Shown in pieces: positions 46,471 to 55,436 of a stretch of 59,282 nt of DNA. The DNA is from a virus. Its lineage: Duplodnaviria; Caudoviricetes. The notes beneath the pieces are model-generated. The model had not been told where the DNA came from. It did not search any database and saw only the letters and a list, made by a program, of their open reading frames with translations. The stretch covers positions 1 through 59,282 of IMG/VR virus record IMGVR_UViG_3300047560_000851. One strand, given 5' to 3'. A program made the translations under genes and the position numbers. Position 1 is the stretch's first letter; each line of letters begins with the position of its first letter.

Positions 46471-48016
46471 CTCTTATAAGCTCCAGTAATATATTTTGCA
46501 TTTTTTCCTTGGTTTGTAACCTTGTATACATTTTGCGTTCTACTGGGCTACCTTCAATGTTTACGATAAGTTGCGCATGTTTTTGCCCAGGTCGTCGGAC
46601 CCGAGCGCAGGCTTGACCATAAACATCTTGTGAGGTGATTGGTGCATACCATATGATGGTATTTGCTGCAGTTAACGACAACCCATGAGACATCGTAGAT
46701 GGAATAGCTACCAGCACATGCGGGTCTTTAGTCTTCTGAAACGCGCTCAGAATATCATCTCGCTGTTGCTTCGTCACACCACCATGTATGCACTCAACGG
46801 TATATCCGTTCTCGCGCAAATAGTCTGTTACTAACCCAACTGATGACACGAATGGCACAAACACGATGGTCTTAGTACCAGCTTCTTCGATAATCTCCTT
46901 GACCAGTTCTAGTCTGGGCTTTGCATCGAGCGTTACTTCGTCACCTTGTGAGTTGTATGCTACACCGCAGGCAATCTGCACCAGCTTAGAAACCTTAACA
47001 GCTTCGTTAACTGCCAATACTTCGCCACCGTCTACCTCAAGTTTGAGTTTAGTGAGCATCTCTTTGTAGGCTTTTGCTTGATCTGCTGTAAGGTCTACTT
47101 GTCGTGTCATGAATACACACTCAGGCAAATCAGTACAATCCTCAAGCGCAAACCTAATCGCAGGTTGCATTACTTCTTTAACTGTCTCGGTCGCTGTCGC
47201 TTTCGGTATCCATGTAAATGGACCTTGCTGCTTCATGACCTGATCGCGGAAGCGATTAAAGTACGGCGGTACATTCGTTGGTACAATTAGTCGGCACTGC
47301 GCCCATGCATCTGTTGGTGCGTTAGGGGTTGGTGTTCCGGTCAGACCGAATACACTACGCGGACTTTGTTTATTACATATGACGTTATGTGCTTTCCAAA
47401 TATCTGTACTTGCATTACGCGCTGCCTGTGCTACCTCATCAATAACAATAAGGTCAATATCGGGTCTATCCTTCATCGCATCTGCAATAATCTTCATGCC
47501 GTGATGGTTGATAAGGTATACGTCAGCCTTTTGTTCCAACAGCTTTAGCCGCTTATCGCGGCTTCCGTGTAATACTGCATACTCTAAATGTGGGAAATGT
47601 CTGAATACTTCGTCAGCCCACGTACGCTCTAGGGTTGATAACGGCGCCGATATAAGTAATCGTGTTGCCTTACCTTGACTCCGTAAATAATCAAAAGCCC
47701 AAAGCGTTGCTAATGTTTTACCACTACCCATGCCGTTAAGGCAAAAGGCTCGTGGATTTAATGATAAGAACTCCACTGTTGCACGTTGTGCGTCAAATGG
47801 CGTGAACAATCCAGGCCACTGATAGTAATATCCGACAGGTGATGGGACAGAAAAACCCATGTTACGAAGCACACGGGTTTCATCTAATCTGTGGGGGACT
47901 GCCACCATCGTGTCCCCTCTAAACTGAAATGTCTTAGCTGTTGGTATTACTGTTGTTATTCTGTTAGGGTTTCTTACTTTTAGTACTACGCTCTTCTTGC
48001 TCCTAACAATGAGCAT
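46460..48016 (-). CDS. SNF2-family (SF2) helicase
   Basis: GMGSGKT, VIDEV, LTGTP.PN, HGLSLT, QACARVRRPGQ. Confidence 0.92.
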   Translation of the reverse strand: MLIVRSKKSVVLKVRNPNRITTVIPTAKTFQFRGDTMVAVPHRLDETRVLRNMGFSVPSPVGYYYQWPGLFTPFDAQRATVEFLSLNPRAFCLNGMGSGKTLATLWAFDYLRSQGKATRLLISAPLSTLERTWADEVFRHFPHLEYAVLHGSRDKRLKLLEQKADVYLINHHGMKIIADAMKDRPDIDLIVIDEVAQAARNASTDIWKAHNVICNKQSPRSVFGLTGTPTPNAPTDAWAQCRLIVPTNVPPYFNRFRDQVMKQQGPFTWIPKATATETVKEVMQPAIRFALEDCTDLPECVFMTRQVDLTADQAKAYKEMLTKLKLEVDGGEVLAVNEAVKVSKLVQIACGVAYNSQGDEVTLDAKPRLELVKEIIEEAGTKTIVFVPFVSSVGLVTDYLRENGYTVECIHGGVTKQQRDDILSAFQKTKDPHVLVAIPSTMSHGLSLTAANTIIWYAPITSQDVYGQACARVRRPGQKHAQLIVNIEGSPVERKMYTRLQTKEKMQNILLELIRDAT

Positions 48017-48025
48017 CTTGCTCTC

Positions 48026-48292
48026 CTATGTGTAAGACTTTTTACCGAACTTACCTTTTCTCCATCCACGATTTTCTTCACGGCTGATTACTCGTGTATT
48101 ACTATCTGCACCGCTACCGCCTTGGCGCAATGGTTTCTTGTGGTCTACGTCTTTACCATCACCAACTTTAACTTTGCCATCAGCAATTGCATGACGACGC
48201 GCACGGTTACGGTCAACACGTTTCTCAACGTTTTCGGGTTTCTTTTGGTACTCAGCCATGTAGGCTAATTTCTTTGGGGTTGTCTTTGGCAT
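48026..48292 (-). CDS. Small HNH nuclease
   Basis: DVDHKKPL..GG....N.RV.....NR. Confidence 0.75.
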   Translation of the reverse strand: MPKTTPKKLAYMAEYQKKPENVEKRVDRNRARRHAIADGKVKVGDGKDVDHKKPLRQGGSGADSNTRVISREENRGWRKGKFGKKSYT

Positions 48293-48300
48293 ACTTACTC

Positions 48301-48591
48301 CTAATCAGTTACTTCCTGTAACCACAGTTCAAGGTTCTCCATCCCTGTCTCTTCGTTGACTACGAATGCGTGACCGCCTGCCTTTTGTATTTCGGAAATG
48401 GTAGTTTCCTGTCTCGGCGTTGGTTTCTTATTACCTGCTTTAGTTTCGATAGCAAAGTATTTACCTCGTATACAGCAGATGAAATCAAGCGAGGGTGAAC
48501 CCATTCCGTTCTGCACTGGGCAGTGCCAATATGCGTTGTACTTCTTTAAGAGTACTTTAACCTTTGCTTTGACTTTACCTTCTGGTGTCAT
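48301..48591 (-). CDS. VRR-NUC domain nuclease
   Basis: PEGKVK, LDFICC..G....IETKA....PTPRQ......I..AGG. Confidence 0.85.
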   Translation of the reverse strand: MTPEGKVKAKVKVLLKKYNAYWHCPVQNGMGSPSLDFICCIRGKYFAIETKAGNKKPTPRQETTISEIQKAGGHAFVVNEETGMENLELWLQEVTD

Positions 48592-48833
48592 TCTGCTGCC
48601 GTCTTCGCAGCTTCTGCTTCTAGTTGTTTAGCGCGTTCGTCAATCTTTCGGAACTCGTTCTCTAGAAATAACCTAGCCATTATACCAAAAGTTTGGGCTG
48701 GCGTCATCTCACCAAACGGCAACTGGGTTGCATCAGGATCATCTGGAAGCGGAAACGGTGGGTCTGAATCAAAGTTAATCTTCAGTTCCTCGTTCTCGTA
48801 ATCGTCTTCCAATACTAATGTTACTTTAGCCAT
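48588..48833 (-). CDS. Hypothetical protein
   Basis: RBS AGGAGAGAG; 81 aa. Confidence 0.65.
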   Translation of the reverse strand: MAKVTLVLEDDYENEELKINFDSDPPFPLPDDPDATQLPFGEMTPAQTFGIMARLFLENEFRKIDERAKQLEAEAAKTAAE

Positions 48834-48842
48834 GTCTCTCTC

Positions 48843-49052
48843 CTATGGGGCTAATGAAATAATGCGTTCATTCAGGATGTCGTAGTACGCTGTCATCGCC
48901 ATATACTGGTCGCCAAGTAAGTTCCTGTCGTGTACTGGCAGTGCATCATACTCTTCCGTCTTTTGGAATGCACCTAAACGCCTAATCTTTCCTTCTAGCT
49001 GGGTGCGCTCTTCATAAAGTCTATCAACCCATGTTGCTGTCTTTGCAACCAT
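48843..49052 (-). CDS. Small helical phage protein (crAss001_48-like)
   Basis: RL.EE..QL..KI.RL..F...LL..QY.AM..Y..IL..RI. Confidence 0.7.
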   Translation of the reverse strand: MVAKTATWVDRLYEERTQLEGKIRRLGAFQKTEEYDALPVHDRNLLGDQYMAMTAYYDILNERIISLAP

Positions 49053-49061
49053 ATCTCTCTC

Positions 49062-49727
49062 CTATTTACCACAAAACTCACAACTTCTTACAGGGCAGTA
49101 ATTCTTGCATAGTCCGCTAGGTTTAGCAGGCCAGCTGTCCTTTTCATACGCCTGTTCCATTCGCAGTACTCGTGGCATAACTTCTTGCCATATCTGCGCC
49201 TCATGCTCCCCACGGATAAAGACTTCCTTATCTGTCTTATGCTCTTTGAGCCAAACAAACGCGGTTGTTACCTTCTCAACCCACGGGAATTTCTTCATAG
49301 CAAACGCTGCAAACAACTTCATCTGGTCATTGTCTGCCTTACGCTTACCTGTTTTCCAATCTAATAACACCGCATTCTTGTCGTTCACAATACCAATGTC
49401 GACGATACCTCGGCACCATACATCCTTACCAAACCACGTCGTCGGGGTTAAATCCCTAGTGAGCGCGATCTGTTCCTCTACTAACCGCTTACCATCCTTG
49501 GACACAATCTGCTGAATGACAGGCTCACAATAGTTCAAGTAATCAGGTAAGGGTTTGTTATTCTTTGCACGTTCTTCTAAGTGCTTATGGACTGTTTGCC
49601 CCCATAGTGCAGCTTCACCTGGAGGGTCTGGAGTATCCTTCGCTACTTTAATATGGTAATACTTTCTAGGGCAAGTCTCGAACGCTGTTAGCGATGAATG
49701 GCTCCACGCCATCTTTTTAGACGACAT
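49062..49727 (-). CDS. PD-(D/E)XK (Cas4/RecB-like) exonuclease
   Basis: WSHS....FETCPRKY, RGIVD, LDWKTGK, Q..L.A, C..CPV..C. Confidence 0.88.
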   Translation of the reverse strand: MSSKKMAWSHSSLTAFETCPRKYYHIKVAKDTPDPPGEAALWGQTVHKHLEERAKNNKPLPDYLNYCEPVIQQIVSKDGKRLVEEQIALTRDLTPTTWFGKDVWCRGIVDIGIVNDKNAVLLDWKTGKRKADNDQMKLFAAFAMKKFPWVEKVTTAFVWLKEHKTDKEVFIRGEHEAQIWQEVMPRVLRMEQAYEKDSWPAKPSGLCKNYCPVRSCEFCGK

Positions 49728-49749
49728 ATTCTCTCCAAAGGAATGAGGG

Positions 49750-49865
49750 TTGGGTACTCGCTGCGTCTACTGACAGGATTCGAACCTGCGGGACGGACTT
49801 GTTTCCAAGCGTACGACCTAAATTGTCAGCATTTAGCCTACAATAGCATCCGCTTTCCCCAATAG
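49750..49865 (-). ncRNA. tRNA-like structured RNA / leader
   Basis: Perfect T-arm GCAGG-TTCGAAT-CCTGT, acceptor-like stem CTATTG/CAGTAG, two more hairpins, outer stem TTGGG/CCCAA with GAA/AGTA loop; no CCA; promoter directly upstream. Confidence 0.65.
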
Positions 49866-49871
49866 AGACCA

Positions 49872-49900
49872 AATATACGCTTAGTCTATACAACTGTCAA
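49872..49900 (-). promoter_or_regulatory. sigma70 promoter driving the tRNA-like RNA and exonuclease operon
   Basis: TTGACA-17 nt-TATATT right after the pol stop. Confidence 0.75.
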
Positions 49901-51850
49901 CTACTTGGCTGCGCCATATGTCTGCGCAATATCCCCAGCACTCCATGTTACTAACTCAGGCCACCATGTAGGTGGTGTTCGCATATGCGACTGAACCGTA
50001 TCTAGCAAGGCTTGTGCCTCTGAGTCAGGTGCAATGTAAATCAATTCGTCGTGGACTGTATGCACTGGGGCATACCCAGTAGCTTTTTTAATAGCCAGCA
50101 TATTATCCGCGATGACCTCACGCGCTAGGTGTTGCACGATATTCTCATCAATCTTTCCTGCGTAGATGCGTGATTTGTTACGACCATGACCATATACCCA
50201 TTCTGATTTACCAGTTTCAGGATTACCTTCTTCTCGTAAGTCAGGGTATCTAATCATACCTTGAGGTGTCTTGATGCCTTCGGCTGTGGTATAGCATAAA
50301 CCCCAAGGGTCGATGTCTACTCGTGTGCCTTCTTGTATCGCGTTAAGCGCAGCGTGGCATGTTCTCCAGCCTGTTACAATCTCTGAATACGCATCGCGCC
50401 ACATACGCACGACTTCTTCTGACTCCATCTCGGATAGTTCTACCTTACCCATTAATTTCGCAACGGTCTGGAATGTCTTAGCACCCGCACCGAAACCTAA
50501 TCCTAAGTGGGCAACTTTACCAACCTGTCGCTGGTCTTTAGATACTTGATCTGTATCTACATTGTATAGCTTAGAGGCGAAGTCGATGTACAAGTCAGCT
50601 TTTTCAGGGTCAGCTTGGAATAACGCCATCGACGACGGCACCTTCCATAAGAAGTGATTGACCCGAAGCTCAATACCACTCAAGTCAGCGACGACTACCT
50701 TATGCCCTTTAGGTGCGCGAAGTGAGTTACGCAGTGCATCCGTTGGCTTTTGCTCTTTACCTACACGCGGTAAGTTCTGCTGATTAAGACTACCACCGCC
50801 ACCCCATCTGCCTGTTGTATCTGCACCATAGTATGTCAAGAATATCGGTAGCTTATCGTTAACTGTACAGGATAAAAAGCGTTCAATGCGAGACTCCAAT
50901 AAGGTACTCTTCACGCCTAATCGTGCTTGCGCAGCTGCTGCTACCATCGGGTCTGCATGATTTTGCAAATCAATAAACGCTTGGTCTGTCTTAGCTAACG
51001 CAGGTGTTTCTTTCTCAGGGTTTGTCGGACTAGGCTTCATCGGTACAGGTACATCAAACGCCCGTAGTATTTCCGAGAACTTACTGGCTGACGCCAACAT
51101 CTTACGCGCAGCTTCTGCTGCTTCCTCGTCGGTCATGCCAGGCTTATACGCCCCAATCATTGTCGCCACATCAAGCAGCATCAAGGTCTTACGTTCTTGC
51201 TCTTCAATCAGTGTGTACTTGAGTAAGTCTTTATCTAGCTCAAACTTAGGCTCAGTCAACATACGCACAGTCAAGTCAATGAGCTTTAATTCGCGCTGCG
51301 GTGTCTTCTGAATAAGGATTTTAAACAGCTGATAGCAAATCTCCACGTCGAGCTTGTTGTACTCGCGCATGAGTTCTATCTCTTCGCTGGTGAACTGGGC
51401 TAGGTGCTTGCCCTTGGTGTTTGTCTTTTCTAATGAGCCTTTGGCTGGCAGTCCATACTCTGCTGCAAGTTTGGCAAGTGATACACCATCACGGGTAATC
51501 GGTTTACCGTACTCATCAATCCATGATGCAGTTGTTTTGGTGTTTAGTGGGCGAGCCATTGCTGCGGTACATGCCCATAGCTTCGGGTTAATACCATAAT
51601 TGTAAGCTAAGATAAGCGCATCGAACCCTGCCATGTTATGCCCTACGGCAATCGACTGACTCCAATCAATCGCATGTAGGGCTGACGCAACATCCAGCCC
51701 AAAATAGACCTGCGTAGGTTCGTTGTTAATCTTAATCGCTACGCTGATAATCTCTGTGTCGGGATGCATTACATATTCGATGGGGCTCATGTTAGTGAGC
51801 GAATGACCCGTGTCATAGAATGACTCGAAATCAAGGGTTACTACTTGCAT
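49901..51850 (-). CDS. polA: DNA polymerase, family A, with 3'-5' exonuclease
   Basis: ExoI LDFE, ExoII HN..FD, TGRW, motif A DLSGIELR, motif B R..GK...LG..FG, motif C VHDE. Confidence 0.95.
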   Translation of the reverse strand: MQVVTLDFESFYDTGHSLTNMSPIEYVMHPDTEIISVAIKINNEPTQVYFGLDVASALHAIDWSQSIAVGHNMAGFDALILAYNYGINPKLWACTAAMARPLNTKTTASWIDEYGKPITRDGVSLAKLAAEYGLPAKGSLEKTNTKGKHLAQFTSEEIELMREYNKLDVEICYQLFKILIQKTPQRELKLIDLTVRMLTEPKFELDKDLLKYTLIEEQERKTLMLLDVATMIGAYKPGMTDEEAAEAARKMLASASKFSEILRAFDVPVPMKPSPTNPEKETPALAKTDQAFIDLQNHADPMVAAAAQARLGVKSTLLESRIERFLSCTVNDKLPIFLTYYGADTTGRWGGGGSLNQQNLPRVGKEQKPTDALRNSLRAPKGHKVVVADLSGIELRVNHFLWKVPSSMALFQADPEKADLYIDFASKLYNVDTDQVSKDQRQVGKVAHLGLGFGAGAKTFQTVAKLMGKVELSEMESEEVVRMWRDAYSEIVTGWRTCHAALNAIQEGTRVDIDPWGLCYTTAEGIKTPQGMIRYPDLREEGNPETGKSEWVYGHGRNKSRIYAGKIDENIVQHLAREVIADNMLAIKKATGYAPVHTVHDELIYIAPDSEAQALLDTVQSHMRTPPTWWPELVTWSAGDIAQTYGAAK

Positions 51851-51987
51851 CTTTCTCTCCTAAAACGTGTGGCAGTCGTACCATTTATTGAAGTCTTCTT
51901 GAACTAACTCTTCCCATGTATCTGGGATTGGGTTCAGCCACGACAGTACTTTATAGAAGATTACACCAAATATAGTACTTCCGACCA

Positions 51988-52176
51988 TCACTTTCTCCTA
52001 GTGTCTAAGTCCCTGCACTCCGCACTGCACCATCTACGGCTATCAGGTACGGGTTCTCCGCAGTACAGGCATGCGCCTGTATCATTCTCTGGTATGGCTT
52101 GCGAGCCAATCTCATCTAGTTTTGATTTTAATTGGAGTTCAATCAGATCGTTTGCTAAGTCTGCATCATCAGCCAT
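51988..52176 (-). CDS. DksA/TraR-like C4 zinc-finger protein
   Basis: N-terminal D.AD.A; CLYC...RRWC..EC. Confidence 0.7.
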   Translation of the reverse strand: MADDADLANDLIELQLKSKLDEIGSQAIPENDTGACLYCGEPVPDSRRWCSAECRDLDTRRK

Positions 52177-52633
52177 CTTGTTCTTCTACTTTTCTTTTTG
52201 TTTTCTTAATTCGGTACACATGAACCTTACCACCAGTACGGCAATCGCGTAGCATAGCGGTCTTTACTGCGCCAGCTGCATCTTGCCCTAAATCTAATGC
52301 GGTAAACGCAAAATATGAACCTGAACCGATTGCATACACATGACCATCATATAGTCTACGTTTCCAAAAACCATCTGTTTCATTCACTGCAGCTAGCCAA
52401 GGCTCTCCATGTTCGTCGACTACAATCGCAGCGTTGCTGTTATCTTCGGTAGGTTCTTCCTTACCAAACCACACATCAATAAAGTTGTCGTCATCGCTTA
52501 ATGAACCTGCCATGAAGAAGTAAACGCCATTCCTAACAATCTTCTTGTCGTAATGGTCGTCAACAATTAAGTCTCCTGCACAGCATCTACTGTCGTAAGC
52601 TACAACGCCGTCTTTATACACGATGGTGGTCAT
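52169..52633 (-). CDS. HslV/proteasome-beta-like Ntn peptidase
   Basis: N-terminal MTTI, A.DSR, K, AIGSGS.FA..A, D..TGG. Confidence 0.85.
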   Translation of the reverse strand: MTTIVYKDGVVAYDSRCCAGDLIVDDHYDKKIVRNGVYFFMAGSLSDDDNFIDVWFGKEEPTEDNSNAAIVVDEHGEPWLAAVNETDGFWKRRLYDGHVYAIGSGSYFAFTALDLGQDAAGAVKTAMLRDCRTGGKVHVYRIKKTKRKVEEQDG

Positions 52634-52642
52634 GTTATGTCC

Positions 52643-52798
52643 TTAGGGTAGGTGAAGCCAGATAAATTTTCCGACTGAGAACAACATCATACCTATACCA
52701 AAGTTAAAAATAAACTGTATCACCGCAAATGGGATATTGAATTGGGACTCGACTTTCAGTGCCGCCAGTACTATGAGCAATCCTAAGATAAAAATCAT
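52643..52798 (-). CDS. 51-aa two-TM membrane peptide
   Basis: Hand-translated (MIFILGLLIVLAAL...); RBS GAGG. Confidence 0.45.
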   Translation of the reverse strand: MIFILGLLIVLAALKVESQFNIPFAVIQFIFNFGIGMMLFSVGKFIWLHLP

Positions 52799-52799
52799 A

Positions 52800-52973
52800 T
52801 TAAGTATCCTCTGTGTTTTCTAGTTCATGCATATCAATCTCAGTTACCTGATCGTTCGGTAGCTTTGCCATGACCGTAGTTGGGAAGTGCCCTATGCCTA
52901 AGATTTCGACAACACATTCACCTTTAACCCACCACCGCCACTTATTCATAACTATCATGTTGTTTTCAGCCAT
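52800..52973 (-). CDS. Hypothetical protein
   Basis: ATG 52973 with RBS GGAGAG. Confidence 0.6.
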   Translation of the reverse strand: MAENNMIVMNKWRWWVKGECVVEILGIGHFPTTVMAKLPNDQVTEIDMHELENTEDT

Positions 52974-52984
52974 ATCGCTCTCCA

Positions 52985-53015
52985 AAAATAAATTGCCGCC
53001 CATTGGCGTGGGCGG
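52985..53015 (-). terminator. Hairpin/intrinsic terminator
   Basis: CCGCCCA-CGCCAA-TGGGCGG followed by CAATTTATTTTT. Confidence 0.5.
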
Positions 53016-53134
53016 TCTAGCTGCTCTCGTTGCTTCTTCCGACAAGTTCCGCACTGGAGGTAATACATAAAAGGATCGGCGCGCCTTGTTGCCGCCGTTA
53101 TTCGCCCCACCTGCGGCTGGGGTATCAGAGTTCC

Positions 53135-53422
53135 TTAAAACGGTGCTTCGTTCTGTTCGCTTTCCAAACGTTGTTCTACTAATCTAACATATCCTGCGAT
53201 GTCATGCCAACTATCAATGTAGTTAGGGTCTCCGTTGATAATTCTACCAATCTTATGGCACACCATGTCAAGGGCTTCTTGCTGGTCACAGGCTAATACT
53301 TTGTTTCGGGTATTCAGTGCGTGTGCGATAACGCTCTTTAATCCTTGCGTGATATTTGCATGTCCTTCAAAATCGCCGTATCGATTACCACGTTCTACCA
53401 ATGTTGCGTCTACATTACTCAT
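53135..53422 (-). CDS. DUF6378-like phage protein
   Basis: L.ERG.RYGDF, EALDM..HKIGRI.NGD....DSW.DIAGY. Confidence 0.8.
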   Translation of the reverse strand: MSNVDATLVERGNRYGDFEGHANITQGLKSVIAHALNTRNKVLACDQQEALDMVCHKIGRIINGDPNYIDSWHDIAGYVRLVEQRLESEQNEAPF

Positions 53423-53566
53423 AACTTCTCCTTAATTTGAAATGCTAACCAAATCCAAAACCACACGATTGTCCCGACCGTCAAGGCTAAGATACTCAAC
53501 GACAAAAACATTTGAAAGCGTTTACGCGATGATGACTGCTGTTTAGCCACCCTGCGTCTGTACGCT

Positions 53567-53974
53567 TTAACTCTCTTCATCTTCGCTTGATTCATCCTGC
53601 TCTCCTAATGCAAATAGCTTCGCCTTATTCTTGTTTGATAACCTAGGGTTTGCTGATACTAACAGACCTCTCCAGTTGTGGAAGATGCGTAGTCGGATAC
53701 GCTCAGGGTCTAAGTTAAATAACTCACATACCCAAATGAATGACGCGGGTGCTGTACTCTCGCTAGTAATCCATCGGTAGGCAATTCGTGCGTTGCTGCA
53801 TAATTCTCCAGCGTTCGCGTTACCTACGCGCTTACCGCCCATAAGTTTAACGCCTTGTGCATACTCTTTCGCATGCAGTAATAGCTTCGCACCCCATAAT
53901 CTACGCAGTGCTGACATATTTGTTTCGATGTCGATGCGCGGTGTTCGCGCTTGTAGTTGTCCGTATACATCCAT
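53567..53974 (-). CDS. Hypothetical protein
   Basis: LW..........A..W......SF.WVCELF.LDP...R; conserved phage pattern. Confidence 0.7.
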   Translation of the reverse strand: MDVYGQLQARTPRIDIETNMSALRRLWGAKLLLHAKEYAQGVKLMGGKRVGNANAGELCSNARIAYRWITSESTAPASFIWVCELFNLDPERIRLRIFHNWRGLLVSANPRLSNKNKAKLFALGEQDESSEDEES

Positions 53975-54183
53975 TATTCAGGTCTCCCAACCGTTACTGT
54001 TGTTACTTGCCCTCTAGTGACTTCAATGGTACATCCTCTATTCTGCTCGATTTGAACGCAGACAAACATACCCACGATAAAGCTAAACGCACAACATGCC
54101 CAGAAAAATCTGTCCATCTTTTGTCTCCTATGGTTTACATTTATGTAGATTAGTAAACTATGAGTTTACTTTTACGTTCTTTT

Positions 54184-54663
54184 TTAAACCGTGTTCTTTT
54201 CCTTTAGCTTGGCTTCAATAGCACGATAGCCGTTGTAGTGTCCGCTATACATACTTTCAATAGGCTCTCCAATGATTTCTTCTATCTCATCATCCGTTAA
54301 TCCTTGCCATTGATGAGGGTTGGTGTAAAGTGGAATATCAAACTTTCCTATTTTTTCTTCATATACAGCATACTTAATCTCACCATCTTGATTTTCCCAT
54401 TCAGTCATCCAAGCCACAGGCTCTTGCGCTGGTTGTTTATTTTTGTATTCTAGTATTTGCCTAGCAGCATTACAGTCCTCAATCATCACAGGTTCTTGAG
54501 ATGGTTGTTCTAGTGCTTCTAGCTTTCTTAATCTGCGCAGAATATGTTGCATTGCGGGTGTGGCTGAATAATCACCGCTTTCTATCATTTCATCAGCGTT
54601 GTCATTCCAAATAAATTCACCAGCTGCTGTGACACGCAATACCTCTGTTGTTTTATTCATCAT
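54184..54663 (-). CDS. Modular 'QEPVAW' early protein
   Basis: QEPV repeats, PLYT.P, WQGLTDDEI, RAIEAKLKEKN. Confidence 0.75.
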   Translation of the reverse strand: MMNKTTEVLRVTAAGEFIWNDNADEMIESGDYSATPAMQHILRRLRKLEALEQPSQEPVMIEDCNAARQILEYKNKQPAQEPVAWMTEWENQDGEIKYAVYEEKIGKFDIPLYTNPHQWQGLTDDEIEEIIGEPIESMYSGHYNGYRAIEAKLKEKNTV

Positions 54664-54884
54664 GTAATCCTATTGTAAATTCGCCATATGGTATTGTGAG
54701 ATACCTTGTAACTGATAGCTACTGATTTGATAGGCTCGCCACCATCTATGCGCTTAACCATGTCAGCCTTTTCATCGACAGTGAATGTTCTACGCTTGGC
54801 TTTAATATAGTAAGGTTCGATTTCAGGCAGCTCTCCCGCCTCTTGTTTGGCAATGAACTCACCGATTGTCATGAACTCACTCAT
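54660..54884 (-). CDS. HTH protein
   Basis: GEPIKSVAISYKVSHNTIWRI. Confidence 0.65.
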   Translation of the reverse strand: MSEFMTIGEFIAKQEAGELPEIEPYYIKAKRRTFTVDEKADMVKRIDGGEPIKSVAISYKVSHNTIWRIYNRIT

Positions 54885-55171
54885 GGACTTCCTTTCAGTC
54901 GGAACTTCTTACCCCATTTATCACCACCTACTTTACGCCCATAAGTTGCAGCTTGGCTTGCGGTCATTGCTGGTGGGTACCTAGGGATTAGCCCTGAACT
55001 TGCAATACGGTCGAGTGTACCCCTTGCGATACCTAATCGTTTAGCTAACCCTATGCGTGTGTAGTTACCCTTATCTAATAATTCATTAGACTTAGCGATG
55101 TAGTACTCATCACTCATACCCGACATTGCCGTTCTGCCCAATAATATCCACGCGTTCTTCGTTCCACTCAC
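54881..55171 (-). CDS. HTH-like protein (start uncertain)
   Basis: TRIGLAKRLGIARGTL.R. Confidence 0.55.
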   Translation of the reverse strand: MSGTKNAWILLGRTAMSGMSDEYYIAKSNELLDKGNYTRIGLAKRLGIARGTLDRIASSGLIPRYPPAMTASQAATYGRKVGGDKWGKKFRLKGSP

Positions 55172-55436
55172 CCTCGACTGTATCGTGTAACGTTACAGGA
55201 TACGTTAATTCGTACGATACGATTTTAAATTCAAACGGATTAGTGTCCGCCATCATACCTTTAAGTCCAGCTTCTGCGCCAATTACATAATAAAAGATGC
55301 GGTCATCAGGCACACCGAAGCTATCGGTCTCTCGTTCCTCATCATACTCACCAAAAGAAAAGTACGCTGTCTCGCGTACCGCTGGGTCTGTTCCTACCCA
55401 TTCAAAGGTGACTAATGCACCAATCGGATTATCCAT
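55110..55436 (-). CDS. Hypothetical acidic protein
   Basis: TAATG coupling at 55436; RBS GGGAGATGG. Confidence 0.6.
   Translation of the reverse strand: MDNPIGALVTFEWVGTDPAVRETAYFSFGEYDEERETDSFGVPDDRIFYYVIGAEAGLKGMMADTNPFEFKIVSYELTYPVTLHDTVEGEWNEERVDIIGQNGNVGYE

Noticed and set aside
49062-49727. cas4 of a CRISPR system
   Set aside because: Stand-alone phage replication exonuclease; no other cas genes or array.
49767-49846. Canonical functional tRNA gene
   Set aside because: No CCA, first acceptor pair mismatched, and it cannot form both a D-arm and a proper 7-nt U33 anticodon loop. Reported as a tRNA-like RNA instead.
53091-53122. HDV-like (theta) or twister ribozyme
   Set aside because: GGCGAAU resembles HDV J4/2, but there is no room for P3/P1.1, and twister core elements could not be placed.
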